DNA of 64,000 nucleotides from Trichormus sp. ATA11-4-KO1. GTDB taxonomy: Bacteria > Cyanobacteriota > Cyanobacteriia > Cyanobacteriales > Nostocaceae. The notes under the pieces are model-generated. The model saw nothing but the letters and a program-made list of their open reading frames with translations. It ran no database searches and had not been told where the DNA came from. This document shows, piece by piece, positions 52,270 through 63,053 of the stretch; positions within the stretch are counted from its first letter, which is position 1; the number at the start of each line of letters is the position of its first letter. The translations under genes and the position numbers were made by a program. Location of the stretch: NCBI GenBank assembly GCA_019358915.1, contig JAHHIM010000023.1, forward strand, positions 12,317-76,316, written 5' to 3'.

Positions 52270-54003
52270 ATGAGTTTTAAAGGTATGACTTTCTCTGTAA
52301 ACAAACCCCGCGACGTTCAAATAATTCCCATAGGCACAGAGACAACAGTACTGCGATCGCGCAGTTGGTCAAGGCTGAGATTTGAAATTGAATATGCTCT
52401 TGCCAAAGGTACAACAGCCAATTCTTATTTAATCAAAGGTGATAAAATTGCTCTCATTGACCCTCCAGGAGAAACCTTCACGCAGATTTACCTTGAGGCT
52501 TTGCAGCAGCGACTTGATTTAAAAACTATTGATTATGTAATTATCGGTCACGTTAATCCTAACCGTGCTGCTACTATCAAAGCTTTACTGGAACTGGCAC
52601 CGCAGATCACCTTTGTGTGTTCTAATCCAGGAGCGATTAATTTACGGGGAACTTTAGAAAACCCGGATTTACCAATTATGGTCATGCGGGGGGAAGAAAC
52701 TCTAGATTTAGGCAAGGGTCATGATTTGGCATTTATTCCCACTCCTAACCCCCGATATGCCGATGAACTTTGCACCTATGACCCACAAACAGAAATTCTC
52801 TACTCAGATAAATTGTTTGGCGCGCATATTTGCGGTGATCAGGTATTTGATGAAGGCTGGGAGACAATTAACGAAGACCGACGCTATTATTTTGATTGCC
52901 TGATAGCGCCTCATGCCCGTCAAGTGGAAACAGCATTAGATAAACTTGCTGACCTACCCATCAGAATGTATGCCACCGGACACGGCCCCATAGTGCGTTA
53001 TGGCTTAATCGAACTTACTAAAGCATATCGACAATGGATTCAGCAGCAAGCTGCTGCTGACTTGACAGTAATACTAATTTATGCATCAGCCTACGGCAAT
53101 ACTGCGACACTGGCACAGGCGATCGCTCGCGGTATTACGAAAGCTGGTGTCGCAGTAGAATCAATTAACTGTGAATTTACAGAACCAGAAGAAATCCGTA
53201 CTGCCGTAGAAAAAGCTGATGGCTTCATCATTGGTTCACCTACTCTCGGCGGTCATGCACCCACACCAGTACAAACAGCTTTAGGGATTGTCCTATCCAC
53301 CGCCACTAACAACAAACTTGCTGGTGTCTTTGGTTCCTTTGGCTGGAGTGGAGAAGCCGTTGATTTAATCGAAAACAAACTCAAAGATGCAGGCTATCGC
53401 TTTGGTTTTGATGCCATCCGCGTTAAATTTAAACCAGATGACACCACACTGCAATTATGTGAACAAGCTGGCACCGACTTTGCCCAAGCATTAAAGAAAT
53501 CCAAAAAAGTCCGTGTCCCCAGCCAACCAGCCACCAATGTAGAACAAGCAGTCGGTCGGATAGTGGGTTCGCTGTGTGTAGTTACAGCTAAACAAGGCGA
53601 TATTTCCAGTGCCATGTTAGCCTCTTGGGTATCTCAGGCCAGCTTTAACCCTCCAGGTTTAACCGTAGCTGTAGCCAAAGACCGGGCTTTAGAATTATTA
53701 ATGCACTCAGGAAACAAATTCGTCCTCAACATCCTCCAAGAAGGCAATCACCTAGGCTTAATGAAACATTTCCTCAAACCCTTTGGCCCAGGACAAGACC
53801 GATTTGCTAATGTTACTACCGCAGAAACTGAAAATGGTTCTCCTATTCTTACTGATGCTTTAGCATACTTAGAATGTTCTGTACAGACCCGAATGGAATC
53901 TGGTGATCACTGGTTGGTTTATGCAACTGTAGAAAGTGGCAAAGTATTAAATCCAGATGGTGTGACAGCCGTGCATCAACGGAAAACTGGAAGTCATTAT
54001 TAG
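52270..54003 (+). CDS. flv1: Flavodiiron protein, Flv1 type
   Basis: RLRFEIEYALAKGTTANS, non-canonical HVNPNR site; paired with flv3. Confidence 0.88.
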   Translation: MSFKGMTFSVNKPRDVQIIPIGTETTVLRSRSWSRLRFEIEYALAKGTTANSYLIKGDKIALIDPPGETFTQIYLEALQQRLDLKTIDYVIIGHVNPNRAATIKALLELAPQITFVCSNPGAINLRGTLENPDLPIMVMRGEETLDLGKGHDLAFIPTPNPRYADELCTYDPQTEILYSDKLFGAHICGDQVFDEGWETINEDRRYYFDCLIAPHARQVETALDKLADLPIRMYATGHGPIVRYGLIELTKAYRQWIQQQAAADLTVILIYASAYGNTATLAQAIARGITKAGVAVESINCEFTEPEEIRTAVEKADGFIIGSPTLGGHAPTPVQTALGIVLSTATNNKLAGVFGSFGWSGEAVDLIENKLKDAGYRFGFDAIRVKFKPDDTTLQLCEQAGTDFAQALKKSKKVRVPSQPATNVEQAVGRIVGSLCVVTAKQGDISSAMLASWVSQASFNPPGLTVAVAKDRALELLMHSGNKFVLNILQEGNHLGLMKHFLKPFGPGQDRFANVTTAETENGSPILTDALAYLECSVQTRMESGDHWLVYATVESGKVLNPDGVTAVHQRKTGSHY

Positions 54004-54142
54004 GAGTGCCAAAAAAACAAATCCTCCCATTTTCCTCGATGGGCTTCCTCGCCCGTCCCCTGCATGACTACAAATTCTTGGCGTCTACAGCCCTTTAGAT
54101 AAATTAAGTTTTTGGGCGAATGCGTAAGTACTGACTGTATTT

Positions 54143-54610
54143 CTATTCGTCATCAGTATCTTTATTCGACCTTTCCACACTAGTAAAATAATATCCTGTC
54201 ACCGCAGTAGCTAGTAGGCCCAAAAACGTATATAAGGTTTTAGACGCCTCATTTACATTTGCTGTAGCGCTGTTGATTCTTTCAGCATATTGCTCTTTAT
54301 CATCAGCAGCAGGTGTTCGTATTAAATGCCAAGAAAAAATAATAGTTGACAGCAAATTTGCACACACTACAGACCCAAGTAAATACCATAAGAATTTTGC
54401 CAAATCTCCAGAAACAAGAGTTTTCTAATTCTTACGCTCTTCTACAAGGGAAAATTTATCTTTACTAGATCCGGCAAAACTACCAAATTTTTTGGTAGTC
54501 TCTTCCAGTTTTACTGATACTTGTGGATCAATTTTATGATGAAAGCCATTACTTGAAGACAGTGGTGGCTTTTGATCAGAACTTACAGATATTTCTTGGC
54601 TTTCCGACAT
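54143..54610 (-). pseudogene. Two-TM membrane protein gene interrupted by one in-frame TAG
   Basis: ORFs 54425-54610 and 54143-54403 share a frame, separated by TAG (54425-54427) and 7 sense codons. Confidence 0.6.
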
Positions 54611-54619
54611 GAAAATTCA

Positions 54620-54841
54620 CTAAGCAAGGATTAATTCTCTAGTTATATCTCCTTCTCTCAACAGAATTGCCGCAGTACCATTGCCTTGCTTCTCATTTTC
54701 TTTCAATTTTGCATACAATCCCATAACAGCCAAGCCTTTTCTTAAGACTTCTGTCTCTGAAATGCCTAGCTCTCTGGCAATTTCTTTTAAATCTTCAGAA
54801 GCTTTTTCATTCAAACTGACTTTTACAGCACGCTTATTCAT
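54620..54841 (-). CDS. Ribbon-helix-helix (CopG-like) DNA-binding protein
   Basis: VKVSLNEKASEDLKEIARELGISETEVLRKGL. Confidence 0.75.
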   Translation of the reverse strand: MNKRAVKVSLNEKASEDLKEIARELGISETEVLRKGLAVMGLYAKLKENEKQGNGTAAILLREGDITRELILA

Positions 54842-55113
54842 ATATGTACTGTTTGACTCCTTGTGTCATATTTACTTGGTGAAGGGACAGGAATTACCCC
54901 AAAACGACCCCTCATTTACTCCTAAAATACCCTAAATTCTTGCAAAAGTGATCCGTAATACATAGTTTTTAATGGTAAAAAATCGCTATCATCCCTATGA
55001 AATAAGGGTTTGAGAATTTTCTACATGGAAGCTTACATAGCTTACCTAAAGATATTAAGAGGAAAGTATGGCTATGCTTCGCTTATTGATAAAAAATACG
55101 TAAAATTACAGTT

Positions 55114-55154
55114 TTTTACCTTCACTTAACCTAAAGCACCTATTTACTTAACCT
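55114..55154 (+). promoter_or_regulatory. Pho box (SphR/PhoB-type)
   Basis: TTTTACCT (55114), CTTAACCT (55125), CTTAACCT (55147), in 11-bp register. Confidence 0.75.
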
Positions 55155-55351
55155 TTGGGCGATAGTTTTCAGGTGTAACTGTAGTTGCTAGTCAGCTTTA
55201 TCCCGCGTCATCACTTTCCAAAACTGGCAACATAAATATCCTGCAAAGTTGCATCACATCATGAGTGGGCCATTTTTCGTGTGCTTGTATTTGGGGTATA
55301 GGGATAAACCACATCTGACCGATATCTGAAAGCCAAGCATTTAATTATTTC

Positions 55352-57028
55352 GTGGAAATCATGACCATTCAAAAGTTTATCGCCTTAATAGCTCCATCCG
55401 CTATTCTTTTAGGAGCATTGACAGCTCCGGCGGAAGCAGTTTCGCTCACACCTCTCGGTACTTATAGCACGGGTCTCTTTGATGAGGGCGGCGCTGAAAT
55501 CCCGACTTATGACCCACTAAATAAAAGGCTGTTTGTGACTAATGGGGCAGACAAAACCATTGATATTATAGACATTAGCGATCCAACTAATCCATCACGA
55601 CTGTCTCAAATTGATATCACTCCCTACGGCGCTGGAGCTAACAGCGTTGCATTTAACAATGGTCTGCTAGCAGCAGCAGTTGAAGCCAATAATACCCAAG
55701 ACCCAGGAAAGGCTTTATTTTTTAACGCTGATGGTGTTTTCTTAGGTGGTGTCACCGTAGGAGCCTTGCCTGATATGCTGACCTTCACTCCAGATGGCAA
55801 TCGCTTGTTAGTGGCTAATGAAGGAGAACCGAATGATGACTATATGATTGACCCGGAAGGCTCGGTAAGTCTTATAGATTTAAATATCTCGGATCTCTCT
55901 AATTCCAATGTGATTACTGCTGGCTTTGGGGACTTCAACGACCAAATTGATGATTTACGGGCTGCGGGGGTACGCATTTTTGGGACGAATGCGACCGTTG
56001 CTCAGGATTTAGAGCCAGAATACATTACAGTTTCTGATGATTCTACTAAAGCTTGGGTAGCGTTGCAGGAGAACAATGCCTTTGGGGTGCTGGATCTGAT
56101 TAACAATAAGTTTACAGACATTATTCCTTTGGGCTTTAAAGATCGTAGCTTGCCAGGGAATGGATTTGATGCTAGTAATCGCGATGGTGCTATTAACATT
56201 GCTAACTGGCCTGTCTTTGGTCTGTACCAACCCGATGGGATTGATTCCTACACAGCCAGTAATGGCAAAACCTACATTGTCACAGCTAACGAAGGTGATG
56301 CCCGTGATTATGATGGTTTTAGCGAAGAATTGCGATTGGGTGATGATGAGTATCAGCTCGATCCTACTGTGTTCCCCAATGCTAATGAACTCAAGGAAGA
56401 TGAAAATCTAGGTCGTCTGAATGTAACTAATACTCTGGGTGATGCAAATGGCGATGGTCTATTTGAGCAAATCTACGCCTATGGTGCCCGTTCCTTCTCC
56501 ATTTGGGATGCTGAGACACTCGATCTGGTCTACGACAGTGGCGACGACTTTGAGCAGATCATTGCCCAACGCTTACCTGATTTCTTCAACTCTAATAATG
56601 ATGAGAATGGCTTTGACACCCGCAGTGATGACAAAGGCCCAGAACCAGAAGACGTAAAGATTGCCGAGATTGACGGTCGCTTTTACGCATTTATCGGACT
56701 AGAGCGTGTCGGAGGCATTATGACTTATGATGTCACTGATCCAGAAAATCCTGTCTTCATAGACTACATCAATAACCGTGACTTCAGTGTTGAAACAACT
56801 TTGATCAATGGGGATGTTAACCCAGATGTTAAAGACTTAGCCCCAGAAGGTTTACTTTTCATCTCTGCTACAGATAGCCCAAATCGTAAACCATTGTTGG
56901 TTGTCGCCAATGAGGTGAGCGGAACAACGACGCTTTACAATGTAAGGTCTGTTCCTGAGCCTGGAGTTGTCCTTGGCTTAGTGGCAGTTAGTTCAATGGG
57001 TCTCCTAAAATTCAAGCGGAAGCGCTAG
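55352..57028 (+). CDS. Choice-of-anchor I (alkaline phosphatase-associated) domain protein with PEP-CTERM tail
   Basis: VGALPDM, ANEGEP, DLEPEYI, ANEGDARD, RSDDKGPEPE, IGLERVGG, ANEVSG; C-terminal VPEP-TM-KFKRKR. Confidence 0.88.
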   Translation: MEIMTIQKFIALIAPSAILLGALTAPAEAVSLTPLGTYSTGLFDEGGAEIPTYDPLNKRLFVTNGADKTIDIIDISDPTNPSRLSQIDITPYGAGANSVAFNNGLLAAAVEANNTQDPGKALFFNADGVFLGGVTVGALPDMLTFTPDGNRLLVANEGEPNDDYMIDPEGSVSLIDLNISDLSNSNVITAGFGDFNDQIDDLRAAGVRIFGTNATVAQDLEPEYITVSDDSTKAWVALQENNAFGVLDLINNKFTDIIPLGFKDRSLPGNGFDASNRDGAINIANWPVFGLYQPDGIDSYTASNGKTYIVTANEGDARDYDGFSEELRLGDDEYQLDPTVFPNANELKEDENLGRLNVTNTLGDANGDGLFEQIYAYGARSFSIWDAETLDLVYDSGDDFEQIIAQRLPDFFNSNNDENGFDTRSDDKGPEPEDVKIAEIDGRFYAFIGLERVGGIMTYDVTDPENPVFIDYINNRDFSVETTLINGDVNPDVKDLAPEGLLFISATDSPNRKPLLVVANEVSGTTTLYNVRSVPEPGVVLGLVAVSSMGLLKFKRKR

Positions 57029-57056
57029 AACAAATTACTGTAGTGATTTAAGCCTG

Positions 57057-57090
57057 AAAAGGGAGAGACTATAATTAGCTCTCCTCTTTT
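57057..57090. terminator. Bidirectional hairpin terminator
   Basis: aaaagggagag...ctctcctctttt between convergent genes. Confidence 0.6.
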
Positions 57091-57124
57091 TAAAGAATGA
57101 CGGTTTTCTCGCTCACTCGATCAA

Positions 57125-57667
57125 CTAACTTTCAGTTCTCTTTTCCAAATATTGACCAATCATCAATTGCTCACCAGCACGAGAAATAATAGTTTGTCTG
57201 GTGCGATATTTACTGCCAATAAGTTTTAATTCCTCCTCAAACACCGAGCCGTTGTACTCAGTTCGTAAACATAATGTTTTAGAGTTGGGGAAATAATATT
57301 TGGCGGTGACTGGTTGGGATGTAGCAAAACCGCGATCGCGATACAGAATATTTCCCAAAGTGCCAAATAGTGTAGAACCTTGAGACTCTTTTCTTGCCTT
57401 TAGCACATCTGTACTCTCCCAGGTGACTTCCGCACCACAGATGAAACCTACAGAACTTTGCAAGTCGTGCATTTGACCCAGCTTTTGCAATTCATCACAT
57501 CCTTGTTCTAAAAACCGGATGGTGATCAAACTTTCCATCTCCTTGGTTTCACCCTCTGGTAGGGTGTAATAACGCCTTTTTGATTGCCACTGGCCAACTG
57601 ATTCCTGGAAAAACTCTGCAATTTGGAATTCGTCAGTGGTTTGTACAACTTTGAGCGGTGATGTCAC
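57125..57667 (-). CDS. CpcS/CpeS-family phycobiliprotein lyase (CpcV-like)
   Basis: EFFQESVGQWQSKRRYY, YRDRGFAT, RTEY..FEEE...RTRQT. Confidence 0.8.
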   Translation of the reverse strand: MTSPLKVVQTTDEFQIAEFFQESVGQWQSKRRYYTLPEGETKEMESLITIRFLEQGCDELQKLGQMHDLQSSVGFICGAEVTWESTDVLKARKESQGSTLFGTLGNILYRDRGFATSQPVTAKYYFPNSKTLCLRTEYNGSVFEEELKLIGSKYRTRQTIISRAGEQLMIGQYLEKRTES

Positions 57668-58228
57668 GCTGAATTATCCTCACCTATAGTTGAATAAAAA
57701 TTGCTCATACTCATATACTATATATATCAAAAAAGCAATTTTTGTTAAAATTTTTAACATACTTCATCAATACCGAGAAATGTGAATTAAGTCACTAGTC
57801 TTTCTGCTACTAATAGGTTATATATAGTTAGTAAAACTAAATATCCTCAATAAATACTAGCAAAGTTAATAATAAATCTGTAAGTTAAGCCGCATTTTTA
57901 ATTTTCAATACTTTCTCTCTTTTGGTTGATTTAAACTAAATATAGAGAGATTTATCTTAAATTGAACTAATTATATCAAATCACAAAAATCCTGGAAATT
58001 TGCATCATGAAAGAGTGGCAAGATTGAATATTTTGAATTATTTTTGTAAATGCAGCTATATTTTAACAATCAAGAATGACAAAGAAATGACAAATAATCG
58101 AGTTATCCAATTTTTCAAATAGCAATCTACACGTAGTTGGTTAGTAATAAGAGGGGATTCTATTGCCAAAAACTCGTTTATAAGTAGTAGAGTCAATAAT
58201 TTTGAGCGGAAGACATATAAAAAAATCG

Positions 58229-59650
58229 ATGAAACAGCAAACTTACACAGCCTCCATCCAGGAAAATATTACCCAGTTAAATTCTACAATCGCCAAGAAT
58301 TTAACCGGAGTACAAAGAAACAAGAAAAAATCTGCATATGGGCTATCCGTTCGCTCTATTTTGTTGGTTGCTAGCTTATTCAGCATGGGAGTACTGATGG
58401 CAAGTTGTGGATCTTTGCCAAAAGAATCTGCTAAGGCACAATCTCAACAACGAGGTGGAAGAGAGCGAGGTAGCAATGCAACACCTGTAGATGTAGCGAT
58501 CGCCCGCACTAGCTCGTTAGGCACACCACTAATTTATACAGGTAATACTACGCCATTTCGTAACGTGTCACTGCGATCGCAAGTAGAAGCCAGGTTATTA
58601 GCATTGAACCTAGATGTAGGCGATAGAGTTGAACGAGGACAAAACGTCGGACAGCTCGATGATGCCCTGCTGTTGACATCATTAAAGCAAGCAGAAGCAG
58701 AACTAGCAGCCCTCAAATCAGAAGTAGCCAGGGCACAGACTCAGGTAAGTAATGCCAGAGCCGAAGTCGAAAGGGCACGATTAGAAGTTGTACAAGCCGA
58801 GGCAGACTCAAAACGACAACAAGAACTCTTCACAGCCGGAGCCATCTCCCAACAAAATGCCGAACAAGCACGCACTGAAGCCAAAACCGCAGCCCAGGCA
58901 CTAAGAGCAGCCGAGGATCGGGTGCGTACAGAACAGGAAGCCGTCGCCGCCGCCCAAGGCAGAGTAGTTGCCCAACAAGCAGTAGTTGCTCAAACAAAAG
59001 AGCGCAGATCCTACGCGCGTCTAATCTCACCCATTACTGGTGTGGTCACAGAAAAAGTGACAGAACCGGGCAATCTTCTCCAACCAGGTATTGCAGTCCT
59101 CAACATTGCCGACTTTAGCCGTGTCATAGTGAGATTTAATGTTTCCGACAGAGATTTATCCAAAATTCAAGTAGGACAATCTGTACAAGTCAGCTTAGAT
59201 GCTTTCCCCAATGAGTCATTAATTGGCAGAGTGACACGCATCTCTCCAGCTGCAAATACTACGTTAATACCAGTAGAAGTAGTGATTCCCAATAACGACG
59301 GCAAAATTGGTAGTGGATTATTGGCACAAGTCAATTTTGAACCCCAGACATCACAGCGAGTAGTAGTGTCACAAAGAGCTATTCAGGAAGAAGTAGGAAG
59401 TAAACAGTCTTCTTCTACAGAGGAGCGAAATGGGACAGTGTTTGTCATTACAGACACAGAAGGCAAGACCAAGGTAACAGCACGCGCCGTTACCTTAGGG
59501 AACAAAGCTGATGGCAATGTGGAAATTTTATCTGGCTTGCAACCGGGAGAGGGCTATGTTGCTCGTAGTGGTAAGCCTTTAAAAGACGGTGACGCTGTAG
59601 TTTTATCAGCTTTGTCAGAAACAGCAGAGTCAACCTCTGCGGCAAATTAA
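58229..59650 (+). CDS. RND efflux membrane fusion protein
   Basis: Possible lipobox MASC, coiled-coil hairpin, ISPITGVV, VEILSGLQPGE; start uncertain. Confidence 0.92.
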   Translation: MKQQTYTASIQENITQLNSTIAKNLTGVQRNKKKSAYGLSVRSILLVASLFSMGVLMASCGSLPKESAKAQSQQRGGRERGSNATPVDVAIARTSSLGTPLIYTGNTTPFRNVSLRSQVEARLLALNLDVGDRVERGQNVGQLDDALLLTSLKQAEAELAALKSEVARAQTQVSNARAEVERARLEVVQAEADSKRQQELFTAGAISQQNAEQARTEAKTAAQALRAAEDRVRTEQEAVAAAQGRVVAQQAVVAQTKERRSYARLISPITGVVTEKVTEPGNLLQPGIAVLNIADFSRVIVRFNVSDRDLSKIQVGQSVQVSLDAFPNESLIGRVTRISPAANTTLIPVEVVIPNNDGKIGSGLLAQVNFEPQTSQRVVVSQRAIQEEVGSKQSSSTEERNGTVFVITDTEGKTKVTARAVTLGNKADGNVEILSGLQPGEGYVARSGKPLKDGDAVVLSALSETAESTSAAN

Positions 59651-59691
59651 AAGTTTTTCACCTAGCCCTTTTAATTGGAGATGAGCAATAG

Positions 59692-62600
59692 ATGCAGCAA
59701 ATACATAAGGGCGGCGGATTTAGTATCAGTACCATTTCCATCCGCCGACACATCGGCACACTCATGCTGGCCCTGGCAGTAATTGTATTAGGCGTATTTT
59801 TTGTCATAAAACTACCCGTAGATTTACTACCATCAATTACTTATCCCCGAATTGGCGTGCGGTTACAAGCACCGGGAATTACACCAGAAGTAGCGATTGA
59901 TGAAGTGACCAGGCCTCTCGAAGAAGCCTTTACCGCTACCGAGGGCGTGCTACAGGTTTTTTCCCAAACTCGTGAAGGACAGGTCAGTTTGGATCTGTAT
60001 TTTCAACCGGGAGGTAATATTGACCAAGCCTTAAACGATGCTACAGCTGCCTTTAATAGAGCTAGAAGTAATTTACCAGACACTATTGAAACACCACGTT
60101 TATTCAAATTTGATCCTTCTCAATTACCAGTTTATGAATTTGCATTAACTTCGCCTTCTTTAGAAAGCCTTGATTTGCGGGTTTTTGCCGAAGAAGAATT
60201 AGCCCGCGAATTAGGTGTTGTACCGGGAGTAGCCGGGGTAGATGTATCGGGAGGAGTTAACGAAGAAGTTAGAGTCAATATTGATTTGAATCGCTTGCAG
60301 GCTTTGGGTGTAGGTTTAACTGATGTATTAGATGAACTGAGAAACCGCAACCAAGATGTTTCTGGTGGTCGAATTTTAGGGCAAAATTCTGAGCCATTGA
60401 CTCGGACTGTGGGGCGTTTCCAAAGTGCGGATGAAATTAAAAATTTATCTTTTGAAGTATCTGCTCCATCTTCCCCAGAAATTAATTCCCAAACCCAAAT
60501 TATCAACCGCCGCGTTTATTTGCGAGACTTTGCCGAAGTTATTGATGGCTCAGAAAAACAAAGGATTTACGTTTTACTTAATGGAGAACCAGCTGTTAAA
60601 GTCAGCATCCAAAAGCAGCCAGATGCCAACACAGTTAACGTTGTCGATGGTGTCAAAAAACGCCTGGAAGAACTCCAAGCCTCTGGTGTAGTTCCTGAAG
60701 GGACAATACTGACACCTACATTAGATGAGTCGCAGTTTATCCGCAATTCTATTTCTAACGTAGCCATTTCCGGGTTGATTGGTACGGGACTAGCTGCCTT
60801 TGCTGTTTTATTATTTCTGGGTTCCCTACGGCAAACTTTTATTATTGTCATTGCTATACCCTTGGCAAGTTTAGCCGCCATTATCTTGATGGGGGTATTT
60901 GGCTTATCCCTTAACGTATTCAGTTTGGGTGGTTTAGCCCTAGGTGTGGGTATCGTTGTAGATAACTCTATCGTCATGTTGGAGAACATTGCTGAGGGTG
61001 CGGGGATGACTCCCGGTAAAGATACAAAAACCCGCCTGGATACCCAGCAACTCATTCAACAAGCTGAACAAAGTAGTCAGGAAGTAGAATCTGCCTTAAT
61101 AGCTTCTACCAGTACAAACTTAGTCGCAGTGATGCCATTTTTGCTCATCGGTGGTTTCATCTCACTACTGTTCAATGAATTAATTCTCACCATCACCTTT
61201 TCTGTAGCAGCTTCCATTTTGATTGCGGTGACCATCATCCCCATGCTCACATCCCGCACCTTAGCATGGCAATTTTCTAGTGGATTAAATAGATTTTGGC
61301 CGCTACAAGAATTTAATCGCCGCTTTGATGCAGCCACAAATAGATATGGTCGTTTCTTGGCAGGGATTTTACATTGGCGATTATTAACAGTCGCGATCGC
61401 TATTATCCTATTTGGTGGCGGTAGTTTGTGGATGGCTCCGCAAATTCCCCAAGAAATCCTCCCTCGGATTAGCACAGGACAAGCTAGATTAAATGCTCAG
61501 TTTCCTCCCGGTACGCCCTTGGAAACAAACCGCAAAGTTATGGCTATGGTCGATGAAATTCTCCTCGACCAACCAGAAACTGAATATGTATTTTCTACAG
61601 CTGGCGGCGCACTTTTTGGTACTAATACTAACGCTAATCCCCTTAGAGGTACTAGTACTATTACCCTCAAACCGGGTACAAATGTAGAAGCTTACATAGA
61701 ACGAGTCACACAAGAGTTTAACAAACTCAATTTAGTGGGAATTCGCCTGCGCCTTTCTCCTGGTCAAGTACGGGGTTTAATTCTCAGTAACTCTCCAGTA
61801 CGTGGTGCTGATGTTGATATTATTCTTCAGGGCAACGACACAGATAGTTTAGAACAAGCTGGTCGGGAAGTACTGAATGCCTTAGAAGAACAAGCTACTT
61901 TAGTCAGATTCCGTCCCGATGCCGATGAGCGTCAACCTGAAGTTCAGATTCGTCCTGACTGGGAGCGCGTGGCAACTTTTGGGTTAAGCACTAGAGATAT
62001 TGGAGACACAATTCAGACAGCGATTGAAGGTAGTGTGCCTACTCGACTACAACGCAGTAACCGTCTAGTAGATGTCAGGGTGCAGTTGAATGAAGCATCA
62101 CTGCAAAGTGTTTCTCAATTAGGGAGCTTGCCTTTATTTGTCAACAACAATCGCCAAGTCCGCCTGAGCGATGTCGCCACAATTACCGAAGGACAAGCAC
62201 CTGGAGAAATTCAGCGAATTAATCAACGTCAGGTCGTCATACTTGCAGGCAATTTGACTGAGGGAGCTAACCTTAGTGATGCTTTTACACAGGTAGATAC
62301 AATCCTCAATAGGATAGATTTACCTGAAGGCGTTAGTGTCTTGCCCAGTTCAGCAGCTGAATCTAATCAGGAACTACAAAACTCGTTACAGCTATTGGGT
62401 GGATTAGCTAGCTTTCTCGTGTTTGTAGTGATGGCAGTACAATACAATTCACTTATTGACCCATTAGTAATTATGTTTACAATTCCTTTGGCATTAGCTG
62501 GGGGAATTTTTGGGCTTTTCATTACAAATACTGCCATTGGTGCGACGGTGATTGTCGGGGCTGTGTTATTGGTGGGTATTGTTGTGAATAACGCCATCAT

Positions 62601-62931
62601 CATGGTGGAACTGGCTAATCAAATTCGTGAACGAGATCAGGTTGACCGGAAAACTGCCATTTTGCAAGCTGCTCCCCAACGCCTACGTCCAGTATTAATG
62701 ACTACCATCACTACTGTTTTAGGGATGTTTCCCCTAGCATTGGGAATTGGGGAAGGGTCAGAATTTTTGCAACCATTGGGAGTGGTAGTATTTTCGGGTT
62801 TGTCTTTGGCAACATTGCTAACGCTGTTTATTATCCCCTGTTTTTATACTCTGCTCCACGATTTATTAAATTGGCGTTGGGCGAAGCCAATGTTAATCCA
62901 TTTGGATGGATGGAAGAAAAAATTCTACTAA
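59692..62931 (+). CDS. RND efflux permease (AcrB-like)
   Basis: LPVDLLPSI, GIVVDNSIVMLENI, RLRPVLMTT. Confidence 0.96.
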   Translation: MQQIHKGGGFSISTISIRRHIGTLMLALAVIVLGVFFVIKLPVDLLPSITYPRIGVRLQAPGITPEVAIDEVTRPLEEAFTATEGVLQVFSQTREGQVSLDLYFQPGGNIDQALNDATAAFNRARSNLPDTIETPRLFKFDPSQLPVYEFALTSPSLESLDLRVFAEEELARELGVVPGVAGVDVSGGVNEEVRVNIDLNRLQALGVGLTDVLDELRNRNQDVSGGRILGQNSEPLTRTVGRFQSADEIKNLSFEVSAPSSPEINSQTQIINRRVYLRDFAEVIDGSEKQRIYVLLNGEPAVKVSIQKQPDANTVNVVDGVKKRLEELQASGVVPEGTILTPTLDESQFIRNSISNVAISGLIGTGLAAFAVLLFLGSLRQTFIIVIAIPLASLAAIILMGVFGLSLNVFSLGGLALGVGIVVDNSIVMLENIAEGAGMTPGKDTKTRLDTQQLIQQAEQSSQEVESALIASTSTNLVAVMPFLLIGGFISLLFNELILTITFSVAASILIAVTIIPMLTSRTLAWQFSSGLNRFWPLQEFNRRFDAATNRYGRFLAGILHWRLLTVAIAIILFGGGSLWMAPQIPQEILPRISTGQARLNAQFPPGTPLETNRKVMAMVDEILLDQPETEYVFSTAGGALFGTNTNANPLRGTSTITLKPGTNVEAYIERVTQEFNKLNLVGIRLRLSPGQVRGLILSNSPVRGADVDIILQGNDTDSLEQAGREVLNALEEQATLVRFRPDADERQPEVQIRPDWERVATFGLSTRDIGDTIQTAIEGSVPTRLQRSNRLVDVRVQLNEASLQSVSQLGSLPLFVNNNRQVRLSDVATITEGQAPGEIQRINQRQVVILAGNLTEGANLSDAFTQVDTILNRIDLPEGVSVLPSSAAESNQELQNSLQLLGGLASFLVFVVMAVQYNSLIDPLVIMFTIPLALAGGIFGLFITNTAIGATVIVGAVLLVGIVVNNAIIMVELANQIRERDQVDRKTAILQAAPQRLRPVLMTTITTVLGMFPLALGIGEGSEFLQPLGVVVFSGLSLATLLTLFIIPCFYTLLHDLLNWRWAKPMLIHLDGWKKKFY

Positions 62932-63053
62932 GAAAACAGTAGTATGATACGCTCTACCCGTTTTCCATTTGGGAAAATATAGGTTTTTATTAGGGGTGCA
63001 GGTTTTGCGCCCCTATAATTTTATTGCCGCCAAACTTATCTTGAAAAGATTAA

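Noticed and set aside
54121..54133. tgcgtaagtactg resembling a MITE terminal repeat
   Set aside because: No partner end found nearby.
60132..62603. Long antisense ORFs in the RND permease (likewise in carB, mnhD, bicA, cphA)
   Set aside because: Shadow ORFs opposite well-conserved genes.
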